Shown here: piece after piece, positions 24,001-37,232 of the stretch | Layout of the letters: every line of letters starts with the position of its first letter | How positions within the stretch are numbered: the stretch's first letter is position 1 | Assembly: GCF_011386835.1 (NCBI RefSeq) | Contig: NC_088807.1 | Coordinates: 26,722,001-26,786,000, forward strand | Length of the DNA: 64,000 nt | Direction: 5' to 3' | Origin: Chrysemys picta bellii | Taxonomy: Eukaryota | Program-made: the position numbers and the translations under genes | The notes under the pieces: model-generated | Databases searched by the model: none | What the model was told of the DNA's origin: nothing | Seen by the model: only the letters and a program-made list of their open reading frames with translations

Positions 24001-25584
24001 AGGCGGGCGACCCAGGCCTGGTGTCTGCGTACGGCGCAGGCCTGGAGGGGGGCACCACCGGTAGGGGCTGCTGGTCGGGAGTGAGGGGCAATGGCGGATC
24101 TGGGGGCTGTGGGTCGGGAGTGAGGGGCGATGGTGGGGCCGGGGGCGGCGGCTCGGGAGTGAAGGGCGTCAGTGGGGCTGGGGGCGGGAGTGAGAGGCTC
24201 TGGCAGGGCCGGGAGCTGCGGGTTGGGAGTGAGGGGCGCCGGCAGGGTGGGAGTGAGGGGTGGGGCCAGGGGCGCCGGCGGGTCGGGAGTAAGGGGCACT
24301 GGTGGGGCTGGGGGCGCCAGGTCAGGAGTGAGGGGCGCCGGCATTGACACCCGTGACACTTGCAGGCAGCCCAGCGGAGTTCGTGGTGAACACGACCAAT
24401 GCGGGCCCCGGGGCCCTGGCCGTGACCATTGACGGCCCCTCCAAGGTGCAGATGGACTGCCAGGAGTGCGCCGAGGGCTACAAAGTGACCTACACACCCA
24501 TGGTGCCCGGCAGCTACCTGATCTCCATCAAGTACGGCGGCCCCTACCACATCGCCGGCAGCCCCTTCAAGGCCAAGATCACAGGTGTGGGCCCTGGGGG
24601 CGTGCCTGGGCCCTGGGGGCAGGCCTTTCGCAAGCCCCTCCCACGGGGGGGGTTCACTTCTCTCTGAGCAAAGGGCTCAGGCTCTCTGCACACTCAGGCA
24701 GCATTGGCTGTACTGGTGCCGGGGGCGGGGGATCCCCTCCACTGCCCCCATCACCCCGATTGTCCCCCCACAGGCTCCCGCCTGGTGAGCAGTCACAGCC
24801 TGCACGAGACGTCCTCTGTCTTCGTGGACTCGGCCGGGCGGGCGGAGGTGGCCGTGCTGCAGGGGGCGCCCCCCAAGTTCGCCTCGGACGCCAGCAAGGT
24901 GGTGGCCAAGGGTCTGGGCCTGAGCAAGGGCTTCGTGGGCCAGAAGAACTCCTTCACGGTGGACTGCAGTAAAGCAGGTGTGGGGGGCGGTGGGGGCCGG
25001 GCCAGGTCTCTGGGGCAGGGGTGGGAGGACGTGGGGTATGGCTGGGGGGGAGGGGGGGGCAGGAGGGCAGCTCCCCCCTCACCCACCTGGTGCTGCTGTT
25101 TTTGCCCCGGAGACACGGACAGGAACAGCTGGGCTGGGTGAAGGGGTCCGGGGGTGGCAGCAGTGGGACCTTGGGGTGGCCTCAGCTGTGCTATGGGGGG
25201 TGGATCTGGACCCCCCAGAACCAGCCCAGCTGCAGGGCCTGTGTAGCTAACTCTGTGTGGCTCAGGGGCGTGGGGTTCTGAGGGGGCACTGGGGCTGGGA
25301 GAGGGTGGAGTTGGGGGGCTGAGGGGATTAGGTGGGGGCAGGGGCCCAGGCTGTACCTGGCTGCCCCTGACCCCCGGTCCCCCCCCTCCCCCCCAGGGAA
25401 CAACATGCTGTTGGTGGGCGTGCATGGCCCGCGCACGCCGTGCGAGGAGATCGTGGTGAAGCACCTGGGAAACCGGCTCTACAGCGTCTCCTACCTGCTG
25501 AAGGAAAAGGGCGACTACGTCCTGGTGGTGAAATGGGGCGACCAGCACGTGCCCAACAGCCCCTTCCACGTCTCTGTGCCGTAG
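84..25584 (+). CDS. FLNA: Filamin-A, exons 8-48 (5' part of the gene lies upstream of the window)
   Basis: Filamin Ig-repeat peptides in GT-AG exons whose lengths match human FLNA as I recall them, apart from single-base indels: 84-246, 750-950, 1672-1809, 2156-2280, 2524-2661, 3063-3256, 3411-3524, 4009-4152, 5673-5797, 6125-(gap 6262), 6314-6404, 6683-6852, 7379-7496, 7775-8038, 8391-8988, 9455-9628, 9728-9889, 10444-10604, 10828-10998, 11087-11210, 11483-11638, 12048-12239, 12428-12451, 14490-14738, 15047-15150, 16660-16800, 16938-17067, 17230-17403, 17678-17841, 18291-18494, 20411-20563, 20804-20926, 21061-21327, 21418-21555, 21873-21988, 23322-23454, 23885-24060, 24366-24584, 24774-24977, 25397-25584 (TAG). 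FLNA-type motifs include [24 protein letters not shown] and [21 protein letters not shown]10/DNASE1L1/TAZ synteny supports FLNA over FLNB/FLNC. Confidence 0.96.
290..745. repeat. GC-rich minisatellite filling FLNA intron 8
   Basis: Repeats of GGGGCTGACCCCTCC...GGCGAGGGGGAGGTGA...GGGGATCCCATGGGG. Confidence 0.85.
3700..4005. repeat. About 59-bp tandem repeat, 5 copies
   Basis: GGCTGGGGGCCGGCTGGCGGCTGACCCGCTCTGTCCCCCC...GAGGAGGGAG units. Confidence 0.9.
4619..5053. mobile_element. Non-autonomous DNA transposon (MITE, hAT/Tip100-like ends)
   Basis: Terminal inverted repeats TAGGGTTACCATAT / ATATGGTAACCCTA, subterminal CCGGACATGTCC motifs, and flanking GGTTACC direct repeat (4612-4618, 5054-5060). 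Superfamily assignment is inference. Confidence 0.85.
6262..6271. other. Assembly gap (10 N) removing the 3' end of FLNA exon 17
   Basis: N run interrupts the exon after GPGTYT; the expected I-M-V-L-F-A-D-Q segment and donor are missing. Confidence 0.95.
12428..12451 (+). CDS. FLNA: FLNA 24-nt cassette microexon (exon 30, VSIGGHGL)
   Basis: TAG|TGTCGATTGGAGGTCACGGGCTAG|GTAAGC; phase 1-1, encodes the 8 residues known to be alternatively spliced in human FLNA. Confidence 0.93.
   Translation, partial: CRLEVTG
17860..18285. repeat. C-rich minisatellite (family also at 24070-24340 inverted, 26380-26950 and 27300-27850)
   Basis: CCGGTGCCCCTCACTCCCGACCCGCAGCCCCTGCTAGCCCAGCCCTG units. Confidence 0.85.
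18595..20292 (+). mobile_element. 5'-truncated CR1 LINE (PsCR1-like ORF2/RT and 3' UTR) in FLNA intron 38
   Basis: AT-rich island; RT motifs GVPQGSVL and [10 protein letters not shown]-terminal [11 protein letters not shown] and [10 protein letters not shown] (ORF 19355-20098); ends in the TTCTTATGTTCT tail; interrupts a host GACTCCTGGGTTCT|CTCC repeat. Confidence 0.95.
18943..19007. mobile_element. 65-bp Penelope-like (pLTR end) fragment inserted in the CR1
   Basis: TTTCAGAGTAGCAGCCGTGTTAGTCTG...AGGTGCCACAAGTACTCC shares motifs with the elements at 48555 and 57740; flanked by a perfect 12-bp ATAATTTGTTGG duplication (18931-18942, 19008-19019). Confidence 0.8.
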
Positions 25585-25842
25585 CCCCCACCCGGATGCC
25601 TGGGTCCGCTGGGCCCCCGCTGCCTGCTGGCCTCGCCCCCCCTCACCCCCCGCGCCCAGGCAGCCATGGGGCCCCACGGCCGCTGGGGCTGGGCCATTCC
25701 TCGGGGTCTCGGGCGGCCGTCGCCTCCGCAGCTTCGCCCATTTAACCAGCCCCCCCCCCCCAAAAAAAAAAAACTCCTAGTTTATTAATTTTTGGTTAAT
25801 TTTGTTGTGCACGCCAGCCACCCCTCCCCCTCCAGGGATGGG

Positions 25843-25848
25843 AATAAA
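25843..25848 (+). terminator. FLNA polyadenylation signal (candidate)
   Basis: AATAAA about 260 nt after the FLNA stop codon. Confidence 0.65.
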
Positions 25849-26379
25849 CTCTTCTGCTTCAGCTGCCGTCTGTCCGTCCGTCTGTCCAGGGGGCGCAGAT
25901 CCCTTCTGTCTCCCCCGTCCAGTGGCAAGGAGTCCCCCAGGCCCCTGGCGTCCTGCTCCGCCATAGGCGGGTTCCCTGGGGCCCCCCGTGGGTACCGAGC
26001 TCGGCACCGGCCTGGCCCAACCGCCGGCTCTGCGCCGCCTCCCGGCCCCTCCCTGGCTCCCGGCTGCTGGCACGGAGCGGCTGCCACCCCCACCCAGAGG
26101 AAACCACAAGCCAGGGCTCGGAGCGCGCGGGGCTGCCAGCGGCAGGCGGCCCGACGGGGCGGGGCCCACAGATGAGGGGCACACCAGAGACTGGGGGCAG
26201 CCCTGCCCCCCGAGCTGGCGCCAACCCCCCAGGCTCAGAGCTGCTGCCTGGGCAGGGCAGCATGTCCCAGCAGCGCCTGGCACGCGAGGCTGGCAGCCAC
26301 TCGCCGGCCCACTTCCTCTGCAGCCCGGGGTGGGGCAGAGCGAGGCTGGGCCCGCCCCAGGAATCTAGTTATCCCTGCC

Positions 26380-27850
26380 CCCCAGCCCTGCCAGTGCCCC
26401 ACACTCCCCACGTGCAGCCCCTGCTGGCCCGGCCCTGGGGTCCCCCCCCCGGCCCTGCCAGTGCCCCACACTCCCCATGTGCAGCCCCTGCTGGCCCGGC
26501 CCTGGGTCCCCCCCCCGGCCCTGCCAGTGCCCCACACTCCCAATGTGCAGCCCCTGCTGGCCCGGCCCTGGGGTCCCCCCCCCGGCCCTGCCAGTGCCCC
26601 ACACTCCCCATGTGCAGCCCCTGCTGGCCCGGCCCTGGGGTCCCCCCCAGCCCTGCCAGTGCCCCTCACTCCCCACCCACAGCCCCTGCTGGCCCGGCCC
26701 TGGTGTCCCCCCCGCCCTGCCAATGCCCCACACTCCCCACCCACAGCCCCTGCTGGCCTGGCCCTGCCCCCCCCGCAGCCCTGCCAGTGCCCCTCACTCC
26801 CCACCCACAGCCCCTGCTGGCCCGGCCCTGGGGTCCCCCCCCCGGCCCTGCCAATGCCCCTCACTCCCGACCCGCAGCCCCTGCTAGCCCAGCCCTGCCC
26901 CCCCGCAGCCCTGCCAATGCCCCACACTCCCCACGTGCAGCCCCTGCTGCGTGTTTCCAGCTCTCGGAAGCAGCAGCCCCTCTCTGACCCTGGGGAGGTT
27001 GGCTGGGCTCAGCCACCTTTGGCTTCCTTCCCACATCTCCAGGCTCTGGATTTCGCTGCCCTATAATTAGGGCTCCTTGTGGTTGACGCTGCAGGGCCGG
27101 GCTGGGCTGGGCTGGGCTGGCTGCCAGCGGGGCCTGGTGATGGATGGGAGCCTGGGCCTCTGCTCCCTTCCTCCCCTGCTGCAAAGGCCTCGGGTGTTGC
27201 CTTGTTTGGGCATCGATCCTGGGCTAGGGACACCCCCCACAGCGTGAGCCACTCCCAGCATGGACCCCCCTCCCCTCTTCTTGGTGCTATTACATGCTCT
27301 TGGTGCCCCTCACTCCCGACCCACAGCCCCCTGCCAGCCCACCCTGCCGGTGCCCCTCACTCCCGACCCACAGCCCCCTGCCAGCCCAGCCCTGCCCCCC
27401 ACCACCCCTGCCAGTGCCCCTCACTCCCGACCCACAGCCCCCTGCCAGCCCAGCCCTGCCCCCACCATCCTTGCTGGTGCCCCTCACTCCCGACCCACAG
27501 CCCCTGCCAGCCCACCCTCCCAGCGCCCCTCACTCCCAACCCACAGCCCTGCCAGCCCAGCCCTGCCCCCCACCAACCCTGCCGGTGCCCCTCACTCCCG
27601 ACCCGCAGCCCCCTGCCAGCCCAGCCCTGCCCCCCAGCCCCGCCGGTGCCCCTCACTCCCGACCCACAGCCCCCTGCCAGCCCACCCTGCCGGTGCCCCT
27701 CACTCCCGACCCACAGCCCCCTGCCAGCCCAGCCCTGCCCCCCACCATCCCTGCTGGTGCCCCTCACTCCCGACCCACAGCCCCTGCCAGCCCAGCCCTG
27801 CCCCCCACCATCCCTGCCAGTGCCCCTCACTCCCGACCCGCAGCCCCGAG
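26380..27850. repeat. Two minisatellite arrays downstream of FLNA
   Basis: GCCAGTGCCCC(A/T)CACTCCC...CAGCCCCTGC units at 26380-26950 and 27300-27850. Confidence 0.85.
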
Positions 27851-28885
27851 GGCTGCTGCAGCTTTGTCCCTGGTGCAGCAGAGACACCTGCTGGCGCAGC
27901 CAGGGATTGCACCGGTGGCAAGGGGTCACGCCATGGGCAGAACCCGCCCGGCTGTGGGCCAGGGGCTGTATTATAACCGCCCCCCCCCCCCCCCCGTGGC
28001 TGCCTGGCCTGCTGGGCCCCTCTGTGCCATCCTTGCCCCCCTGAGATCTGCAGGGGGCTCAGTGGGGCACATGCCCCCTGCCGCGTGGGGACAATGCACC
28101 CAGCTGACCTATGAAGCTCGGGGGGGACCAGCCAGGCACACGGAGTTGGGGGGTCATTGTGCTGCTGAGCTGGGCGGTTGTTGCCAGCCTGGGCCCAGGA
28201 GGTTTGTCATATTTCTCCCCCTGCCCCCCACACACCCTGTGTTCCCGCCTCTCCCCACCACACACACAGACCCTGTGTTCCCCTCCCCACCCCCCACCCT
28301 GTGTTTCCCCTGCCCCCCCACCCCATGTTCCCCCCTCCTCATGTCCCTCCCCCTGCCCCCCTGTGACGGTGCTGCCCGTGGGAGCCAGATGAGGTCACTC
28401 AATCAGGGTGAACTGCAAACAGAACGGGGAAGACCAACCCCAGAGGCTGGTGGATCTTCCAAACTTAGATTTACCAATCAGCCTAAAACAGCCTCTGTAG
28501 GACCTCACTGGTTACTCAGACGTCCAAACAACGCAGTTCCCTTCAAGTGCCCGGCCTCCGTCCAGACACACACGTCAGATATGATGATGATTATTGAAAA
28601 TCTGATCTCATCATATAAAAGAAAAGGTTCTTCCAATCCCAAAGGATCAGCCACACACCCAGGTTCAATTACAACTTAGATCTTACCCAAATCTACACTA
28701 TAGTCAATTCTTATTAACTAAACTAACATTGATTAGAAAAGAAAAGCGAGAGAGAGTTGGTTCAAAGATCAATATACAGACAGACTTGAATTCAAATCTT
28801 GAGGTTCAGACACAGCAGAGATGAGCTTGTAGTTGCCAAAAGTCCTTTTAGAAACAGTCCAGAGGTTACAGGCCAATGTCCATAT

Positions 28886-29755
28886 GTTGTACTTAAAGTA
28901 CTGCACAAGATCTTTTCAGGGGGAATAAGACAAAACGCCACATTTATTAGTAATACATGTATTCATTAACACTGTATTATATGCATATAATATATTACAC
29001 TTACACTCACACACACACACAAACACACTCCGTCTTGTTGTTACCAATTTTGTTGTTACCAATTAGTTGCTCCCCTTAACTTCACTGGCCAGGTGAGTTA
29101 GATGGGGGAGGGGGTGGAGCCGGGCTTCTGCCGATCCGGATCGATGCTCCCATGTTGACAAGACGAGACCCGGGGTCCTCTGCAAGACACCTCACTTTTA
29201 TAGCAGCTTTCCTCTTATGCAAATCTGTACCAGATTCAAACTCTGTGTCTGTGTCCATTGGTCCTTTGTGCTGCTTTCTTTTGAGTGTTGTCCCAATGCT
29301 GCAAAGAGGGTGTTTCCAAAAAGAAGGTGCTTGCTTCTAACCCCCCGAGGGCCGTCCTTCGGTATGTCTGCTTGTCTTTAATGAGCCCACATGACACGTT
29401 TTATTGTCCTTGGGTCTGGCTCCCAGCCCCTCTCCAACAGTTGAGGCTGTCTGGAGGTGCTGCCTTCCATGCCTTGCTCATCCACACCTCATTCATTCAA
29501 CAGGGCAATTGATTAAGGGGGGGGGGGGAGAGCTCTTGTTCTACTGCTAGCAAAAAGAAATTTTTTTTCTATCTTATTCTATCCTTAGGGGCTATAATAT
29601 TATACCAAGGGCAATGCAAAGTTTCTAAATGAGGCTTTGAAACAAAGTCCCATGAAAACAGAGGTCACACTTGGTTATATGTGTGACCCATCACAAGGTT
29701 ATATGAAGAGGCACAATTGTAAAGTCATATGAAAATTATCAGAGATTGATCTACA
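28886..29755 (-). mobile_element. Nested solo LTR-like element
   Basis: TGTA...TACA termini; CATAT(G) duplicated at 28881 and 29756; minus-strand TATAAAAG near 29197 followed by minus-strand AATAAA near 28942. Confidence 0.6.
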
Positions 29756-29968
29756 CATATGCAGGATGACTCCAGTCAGTGACTGGGGAATCTCAATCCT
29801 TGTGTCTTAAGGTTTCCCCGCTCTTGGAACCCAAAGCAGATCTGAGATGCAGCAGGATCGTGTCCCAGGGTTCTTATACATTTCCAGCAGCTTTTCGGCC
29901 TGAGAAAACAATCGGCCTAACTCTCCTTCTCCCAAACATCCTGGCAATTAGCCCAGGGTCATTTATCC

Positions 29969-30965
29969 TAGGGTTACCATTCGTCCGGATTTACCCGGAC
30001 ATGTCCTCCTTTTTGTGTTAAAATAGCGTCCGGGGGAATTTGTAAATCACTCACAATGTCCGGGATTTCCCCCCCTCCCCGGCAGAGCAGAGCGAGCGGC
30101 TGGGAGGGCTGCAGGAAAGTCCCGGGCTGGATTCCGGAGCAGCTGTAGAGGAGCCGGATCCGCCCTGCATTCTGAGCCGGCAGCTCTCCCCTGCAGCCCG
30201 GTCCGGCAGCACTGTGCAGGGCCAGGGACCGGGTTTTGTTGTGCTGGGGAGCGCAGCCACGTGTCCGGCTCGGCTCGCACAGAGCCCAACACCCTGTTCT
30301 GAGCAGCAGGTAAGGGAGCCAGGGGCAGGAGAAGGGGCAAGGAGGTTCTGGAGGGGGCAGTCAAGAAACGGGGGGGGGGGTCGGGAGTTCAGGGGGGGGC
30401 TTTTTTGGGGGGAGTGGAGAAAGTTTTGGGCAGTCAGGGTACAGGTAGGGGGTAGGGTCCTGGGGGGCAGTTGGGGGGGGTCCCAGGAGGGGGCAGTTAG
30501 GGGACAAGGAACAGGGAGTCTTAGGTAGGGGGGTGGGGTTCTGGAGGGCAGTTAGGAGCAGGGGTCCCAGGAGGGGGGCAGTCAGGGGACAGGGAGCGGG
30601 GGGGTGGGGGGCTGGGAGTTCTGGGGGGGCTGTCAGGGGGCAGGAGTGGGGAGAGGGATCGGAGCAGTCAAGGGACAGGGAGCAGAGGGGTTTAGATGGG
30701 TTGGGAGTTCTGGGGGGGGCTGTCTGGGGGTGGGGGGGTGGATAAGGGTTGGGGCAGTCAGGGGACAAGAGGCAGGGAGGCTTAGATAGGGGGTGGAGTC
30801 CTGGGGGGCAGTTAGGGGCAGGGGTCCCAGGAGGGGGCAGTCAGGGGACAAGGAACGGGGGGAGGGTTGGGAGTTCTGGGGGGGTGGGAAGTGGGAGGGG
30901 CAGGGGGGGGCTAGGGCGGGGCTCCTCCCGTCCTCTTTTTTGCTTGCTGAAATATGGTAACCCTA
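29969..30965. mobile_element. Non-autonomous DNA transposon (same TIR family as 4619-5053)
   Basis: TIRs TAGGGTTACCAT / ATGGTAACCCTA; flanking TTTATCC duplication (29962-29968, 30966-30972). Confidence 0.88.
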
Positions 30966-31319
30966 TTTATCCATTACACAGTTCAGATCCAGGTTAGCCC
31001 AACCTTCAAAGAGACATAGAGACAATAACACTATTTCCCTCAAGTGTCTTCCTACACGTTAATATTCCTTTTTGATCTTTGAATCAAAGTTATAGCAATA
31101 GACAAGACTTGTTTGCTCCCATCACAAGACCTGAGCAAACGTCTACCCTTGAGATCGCTAACAATGCTGGCTGCATTTCAAAGCTCTGTTCACTTACAGA
31201 TCTTCCTAACCCGTCCTTAAGGTTCACCCATGAGCCAGGTCAGTCTGGGAGGTAATGAACTCTTTCTGGCCCTGTCACCTTCCAATGAAATATTATATTA
31301 CACTCATAACGTCACATCC

Positions 31320-32940
31320 CCACACACCCCGTGTCCCTCCCCCCTGCCCCCCCACACCCGTGTTCCCCTCTTCCCGCGTCCCTCCCCCTGCCCCCCATAT
31401 CCCGTGTTCCCCTCTCCCCGCATCCCTCCCCTGCCCCCCCACACCCCGTGTTCCCCTCTCCCCGCGTCCCTCCCCCTGCCCCCCCACACCCGTGTTCCCC
31501 TCTCCCCGCGTCCCTCCCCCTGCCCCCCCATACCCGTGTTCCCCTCTCCCCGCGTCCCTCCCCCTGCCCCCCCACACCCGTGTTCCCCTCTCCCCGCGTC
31601 CCTCCCCCTGCCCCCCATACCCCGTGTTCCCCTCTCCCCGCGTCCCTCCCCTGCCCCCCCACACCCCGTGTTCCCCTCTCCCCGCGTCCCTCCCCCTGCC
31701 CCCCCACACCCGTGTTCCCCTCTCCCCGCGTCCCTCCCCCTGCCCCCCATACCCCGTGTTCCCCTCTCCCCGCGTCCCTCCCCCTGCCCCCCCACACCCG
31801 TGTTCCCCTCTCCCCGCGTCCCTCCCCCTGCCCCCCCACACCCGTGTTCCCCTCTCCCCGCGTCCCTCCCCTGCCCCCCCACACCCGTGTTCCCCTCTCC
31901 CCGCGTCCCTCCCCTGCCCCCCACACACCCGTGTTCCCCTCTCCCCGCGTCCCTCCCCCTGCCCCCCCACACCCGTGTTCCCCTCTCCCCGCGTCCCTCC
32001 CCTGCCCCCCCACACCCGTGTTCCCCTCTCCCCGCGTTCCTCCCCCTGCCCTCATACCCCGTGTTCCCCCCTGCCCCACACATACCCCGTGTTCCTCCCC
32101 TCGCCCCACACACAATGTGTTCCCCCCACCCTGTGTCCTTCCCCCTGCCCCCCACACACCCCGTGTTACCCCCTGCCCCATGTCCCTCCCCCTGCCCCAC
32201 ACACACCCCGTGTTCCCCCCTCCCATGTACCTCCCCCCGCCCCACACCCTCCCTGTGTCCCCCTGCCCCTCCCCCACCCCGTGTCTCCTCCCCCCACCCC
32301 ACACACACACCGTGTTCCCCCCTCCCCGCGTCCCTCCCCCTGCCCCCCCAAACCCCGTGTTCCCCCCTGCCCCACACATACCCCGTGTTCCTCCCCTCGC
32401 CCCACACACACTGTGTTTCCCCCACCCCGTGTCCTTCCCCCTGCCCCCCACACACCCCGTGTTACCCCTGCCCCATGTCCCTCCCCCTGCCCCCCCACAC
32501 CCCGTGTTTCCCCCGCCCCACACACACTGTGTTCCCCCCACCCTGTGTCCTTCCCCCTGCCCCCCACACACCCCGTGTTACCCCTGCCCCATGTCCCTCC
32601 CCCTGCCCCACACACACCCCATGTTCCCCCCTCCCGTGTACCTCCCCCCGCCCCACACACCCCGTGTTCCCCCCTCCCCTCTGCCCCACACACCCCGTGT
32701 TAGCCCCGCCCCATGCCCCTCCCCCTGCCCCCCCACACACCATGTTTCCCCCCACCCCATGTCCCTCCCCTTGCCCCACACCCACCCCGTGTCCCCCTGC
32801 CCCTCTCCCACCCCGTCTCCTCCCCCCACCCCACACACACACACCGTGTTCCCCCCTCCCTGTGTCCCTCCCCCTGCCCCACACACACCCAATGTCCCCC
32901 CTCACCCCAGCCCCCCTCACACTCCATGTCCCCCCCTGCC
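31320..32940. repeat. Long pyrimidine-rich minisatellite
   Basis: CCCGTGTTCCCCTCTCCCCGCGTCCCTCCCCCTGCCCCCCCACA units, degenerating 3'-ward. Confidence 0.92.
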
Positions 32941-33781
32941 CCTTGTCACAAAGTGGGGGATTTTCTTTTTTTTTTCCAATGGTTTGCATGCCGAGGGGGT
33001 GAGACTCAGTGTCCCTGGTTTAACGAGGGGAGGGGAGAGGGAGTTCGTTGGGACAGACCCGGAGAAGGAACTTGGGACCCCGGCCGACGGCCTGGAGAAC
33101 GGAGACCCCAGCGACTGGTGACCCGGAGTCGCAGCCGGCTCTGGCCAGTGGGGGGACAATGGGCTGCGGGGAGAGGACCCCGGTGACCGGACCAGCCGGT
33201 TCCAGCCCGAGGGGCCAGAGGACAGAAGAGGGGAGAGGGGCCCAGGCGACCCTGTTTCCCTGGCTTGGGGCCGGTGGCATCCGATGCCCAGCTGGGGAGC
33301 AGGGGGGTCGGGGCTGGAGAGGGGGGGCTGGGGGTGGCCACACCCAGTTCCTGGGCTCTTCACCCCACGGGTGCGGGTGGCCGACGCCCCCACAGTGGTC
33401 GGGCAAGTCCCGCTGGGCGCTTGGCAGCCGCTGCGTTGGGAACCAGGCTGCCCTGGCCGTAGGGTACCGTGTCCTGCCCCCCACCCAACTGGCACGGCCC
33501 AGCCCCCGCGGTGGGGCAGTAACGATCGGGTGACCCCGAGTCGCAGGAGGGGCCCAGGCAGAGCGGGGGGCTGGTATGAGTGGCAGCCCCCCCCATGGAT
33601 ACTCAGCCCCACTGGGAGTGCGTGAAAGTCTCCGGGGGGCTCGGCCGGGGACCCCCTGGGCAGCACCTGGGGCAGGGGCCAGTGGGGCAGAGACGGGGCC
33701 CAAGCGGAGGGGGGTGGAGGGGGCTTGAGGACCCACCGGGTAGTCCTGGGGCGGGGGTTGCTAATAGGCAAATATTCATAT

Positions 33782-34083
33782 ATGCAAATAAATTGCAAAT
33801 AAGCCAACTGTTAATCGGGCTGCATTAATTATACATGCAAATGAGGCGAAGCCAGGCAGTGGCACTAGCAGTTTAAAAAGTGTAGTTGCCACTATGCAAA
33901 TGAGGCCGATTAACTACATGCAAATTAGCTGCAGTGATACAGTTTGGCGGGACACTTGCTGCAAATATGCAAATTCCAGGGCGCTCTGCAAACCAGCTCA
34001 GCAATGCAACCAAATATGCATATTACTTAGATATGCAAATTAGAAGCGCTATACAATTATATGCAAATTAGATATATGCAAAT
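33782..34083 (+). promoter_or_regulatory. Cluster of 8 octamer (POU) motifs upstream of RPL10
   Basis: Perfect ATGCAAAT at 33782, 33835, 33894, 33918, 33967, 34033, 34061 and 34076, all on the + strand, plus near-matches. Function is inferred. Confidence 0.7.
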
Positions 34084-34280
34084 GAAATATGCGCGTCAGT
34101 GACAATTGTACATATTGCCTGTCTGTCACGTGGCACCACCACTCTGTTCAATCAGCGTGGAGATATTTACATATCAGGGAGGTGGGCGGGGCGTATAGGA
34201 CGGGCCAGAGGGACCTCGATGGACACGCCTCGTCCTCAATACGCATGCTCAGCAACCGTAGGCCCGCCTGCTAGGTCTCT

Positions 34281-34557
34281 AAAATGGCGGCGGCGTGGGA
34301 ACAGTGCGCGTGCGCGCCGACACGCGCGGGGAGGGCTGGTGTCCGCGATGCGCATGCGCCTCCCTCTCTACGCCGGAAGCCACGGCTAGAGCGGAGCCGC
34401 GGGCTGCGGAAGAAGGCGCATGCGCTGGAGGGCGAGCGCCCGCTGCCATTGGCCGGCGCCGCCGCTCTACGCCGGAAGCGGGGCTAGAGCGGCGGTCGGG
34501 GCCGGGGTACAAAAACTGCGCGCAGGCGCAACTCCCCTCTCTTTGCCGCACGGCGAG
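34281..34557 (+). promoter_or_regulatory. RPL10: RPL10 CpG-island promoter and non-coding exon 1 with 5' TOP tract
   Basis: YY1-type AAAATGGCGGC (34281), NRF1-type GCGCATGCGC (34350, 34416), duplicated CTCTACGCCGGAAGC with ETS core (34366, 34465), pyrimidine tract CTCCCCTCTCTTT at about 34532-34544, and donor GAG|GTGAG at 34557. Confidence 0.8.
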
Positions 34558-34823
34558 GTGAGCGCGCGGTCGGGCCGGGAGCTGCGGGAGGGACCCGCGG
34601 GTGGGACCCACGTTCCCTCCCCGGCCCGGCCCCTCCCTCTCAGGTGTCTCCCCCCCCGGGTCCTCGCGGCCCCTCCCCCCCGGCCCCTCCCCCAACCCCG
34701 GGTCGCCCCCGGACTCCCCCCCCCCCCACAGGGCGCGCCCCCCCTCGGTCCCGACTCGCCCCCCCCCCCCCGCGGGCTCTGATCCGGTCTCTGCCTCTCT
34801 CTAGACCCTGCCCCGGAGCCGCC

Positions 34824-37186
<2,363 letters not shown>

Positions 37187-37226
37187 GCCCCCTGGCTGCC
37201 CCCCATCCCGGGGGCCCCGCAACAGG

Positions 37227-37232
37227 AATAAA
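37227..37232 (+). terminator. RPL10 polyadenylation signal
   Basis: AATAAA about 40 nt after the stop codon. Confidence 0.85.

Larger units (their letters stand above)
28362..31316 (-). mobile_element. Solo LTR (host element, about 1.1 kb after removing two nested insertions)
   Basis: AT-rich block with inverted termini TGTGACG / CGTCACA, inserted in a C-rich minisatellite. TSD cannot be resolved in poly-C; strand inferred from a TATA-like motif near 29876. Confidence 0.65.

Noticed and set aside
31230-33121. Long Pro-rich / Gly-Arg-rich ORFs (up to 596 aa) on both strands
   Set aside because: They are translations of a stop-free C-rich minisatellite, with no domain content or splice structure.
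32944-33400. Possible degraded LTR starting TGTCACAAAGTGGGGG
   Set aside because: The start resembles turtle LTR ends, but I could not find a matching 3' terminus or TSD, so it is not called.
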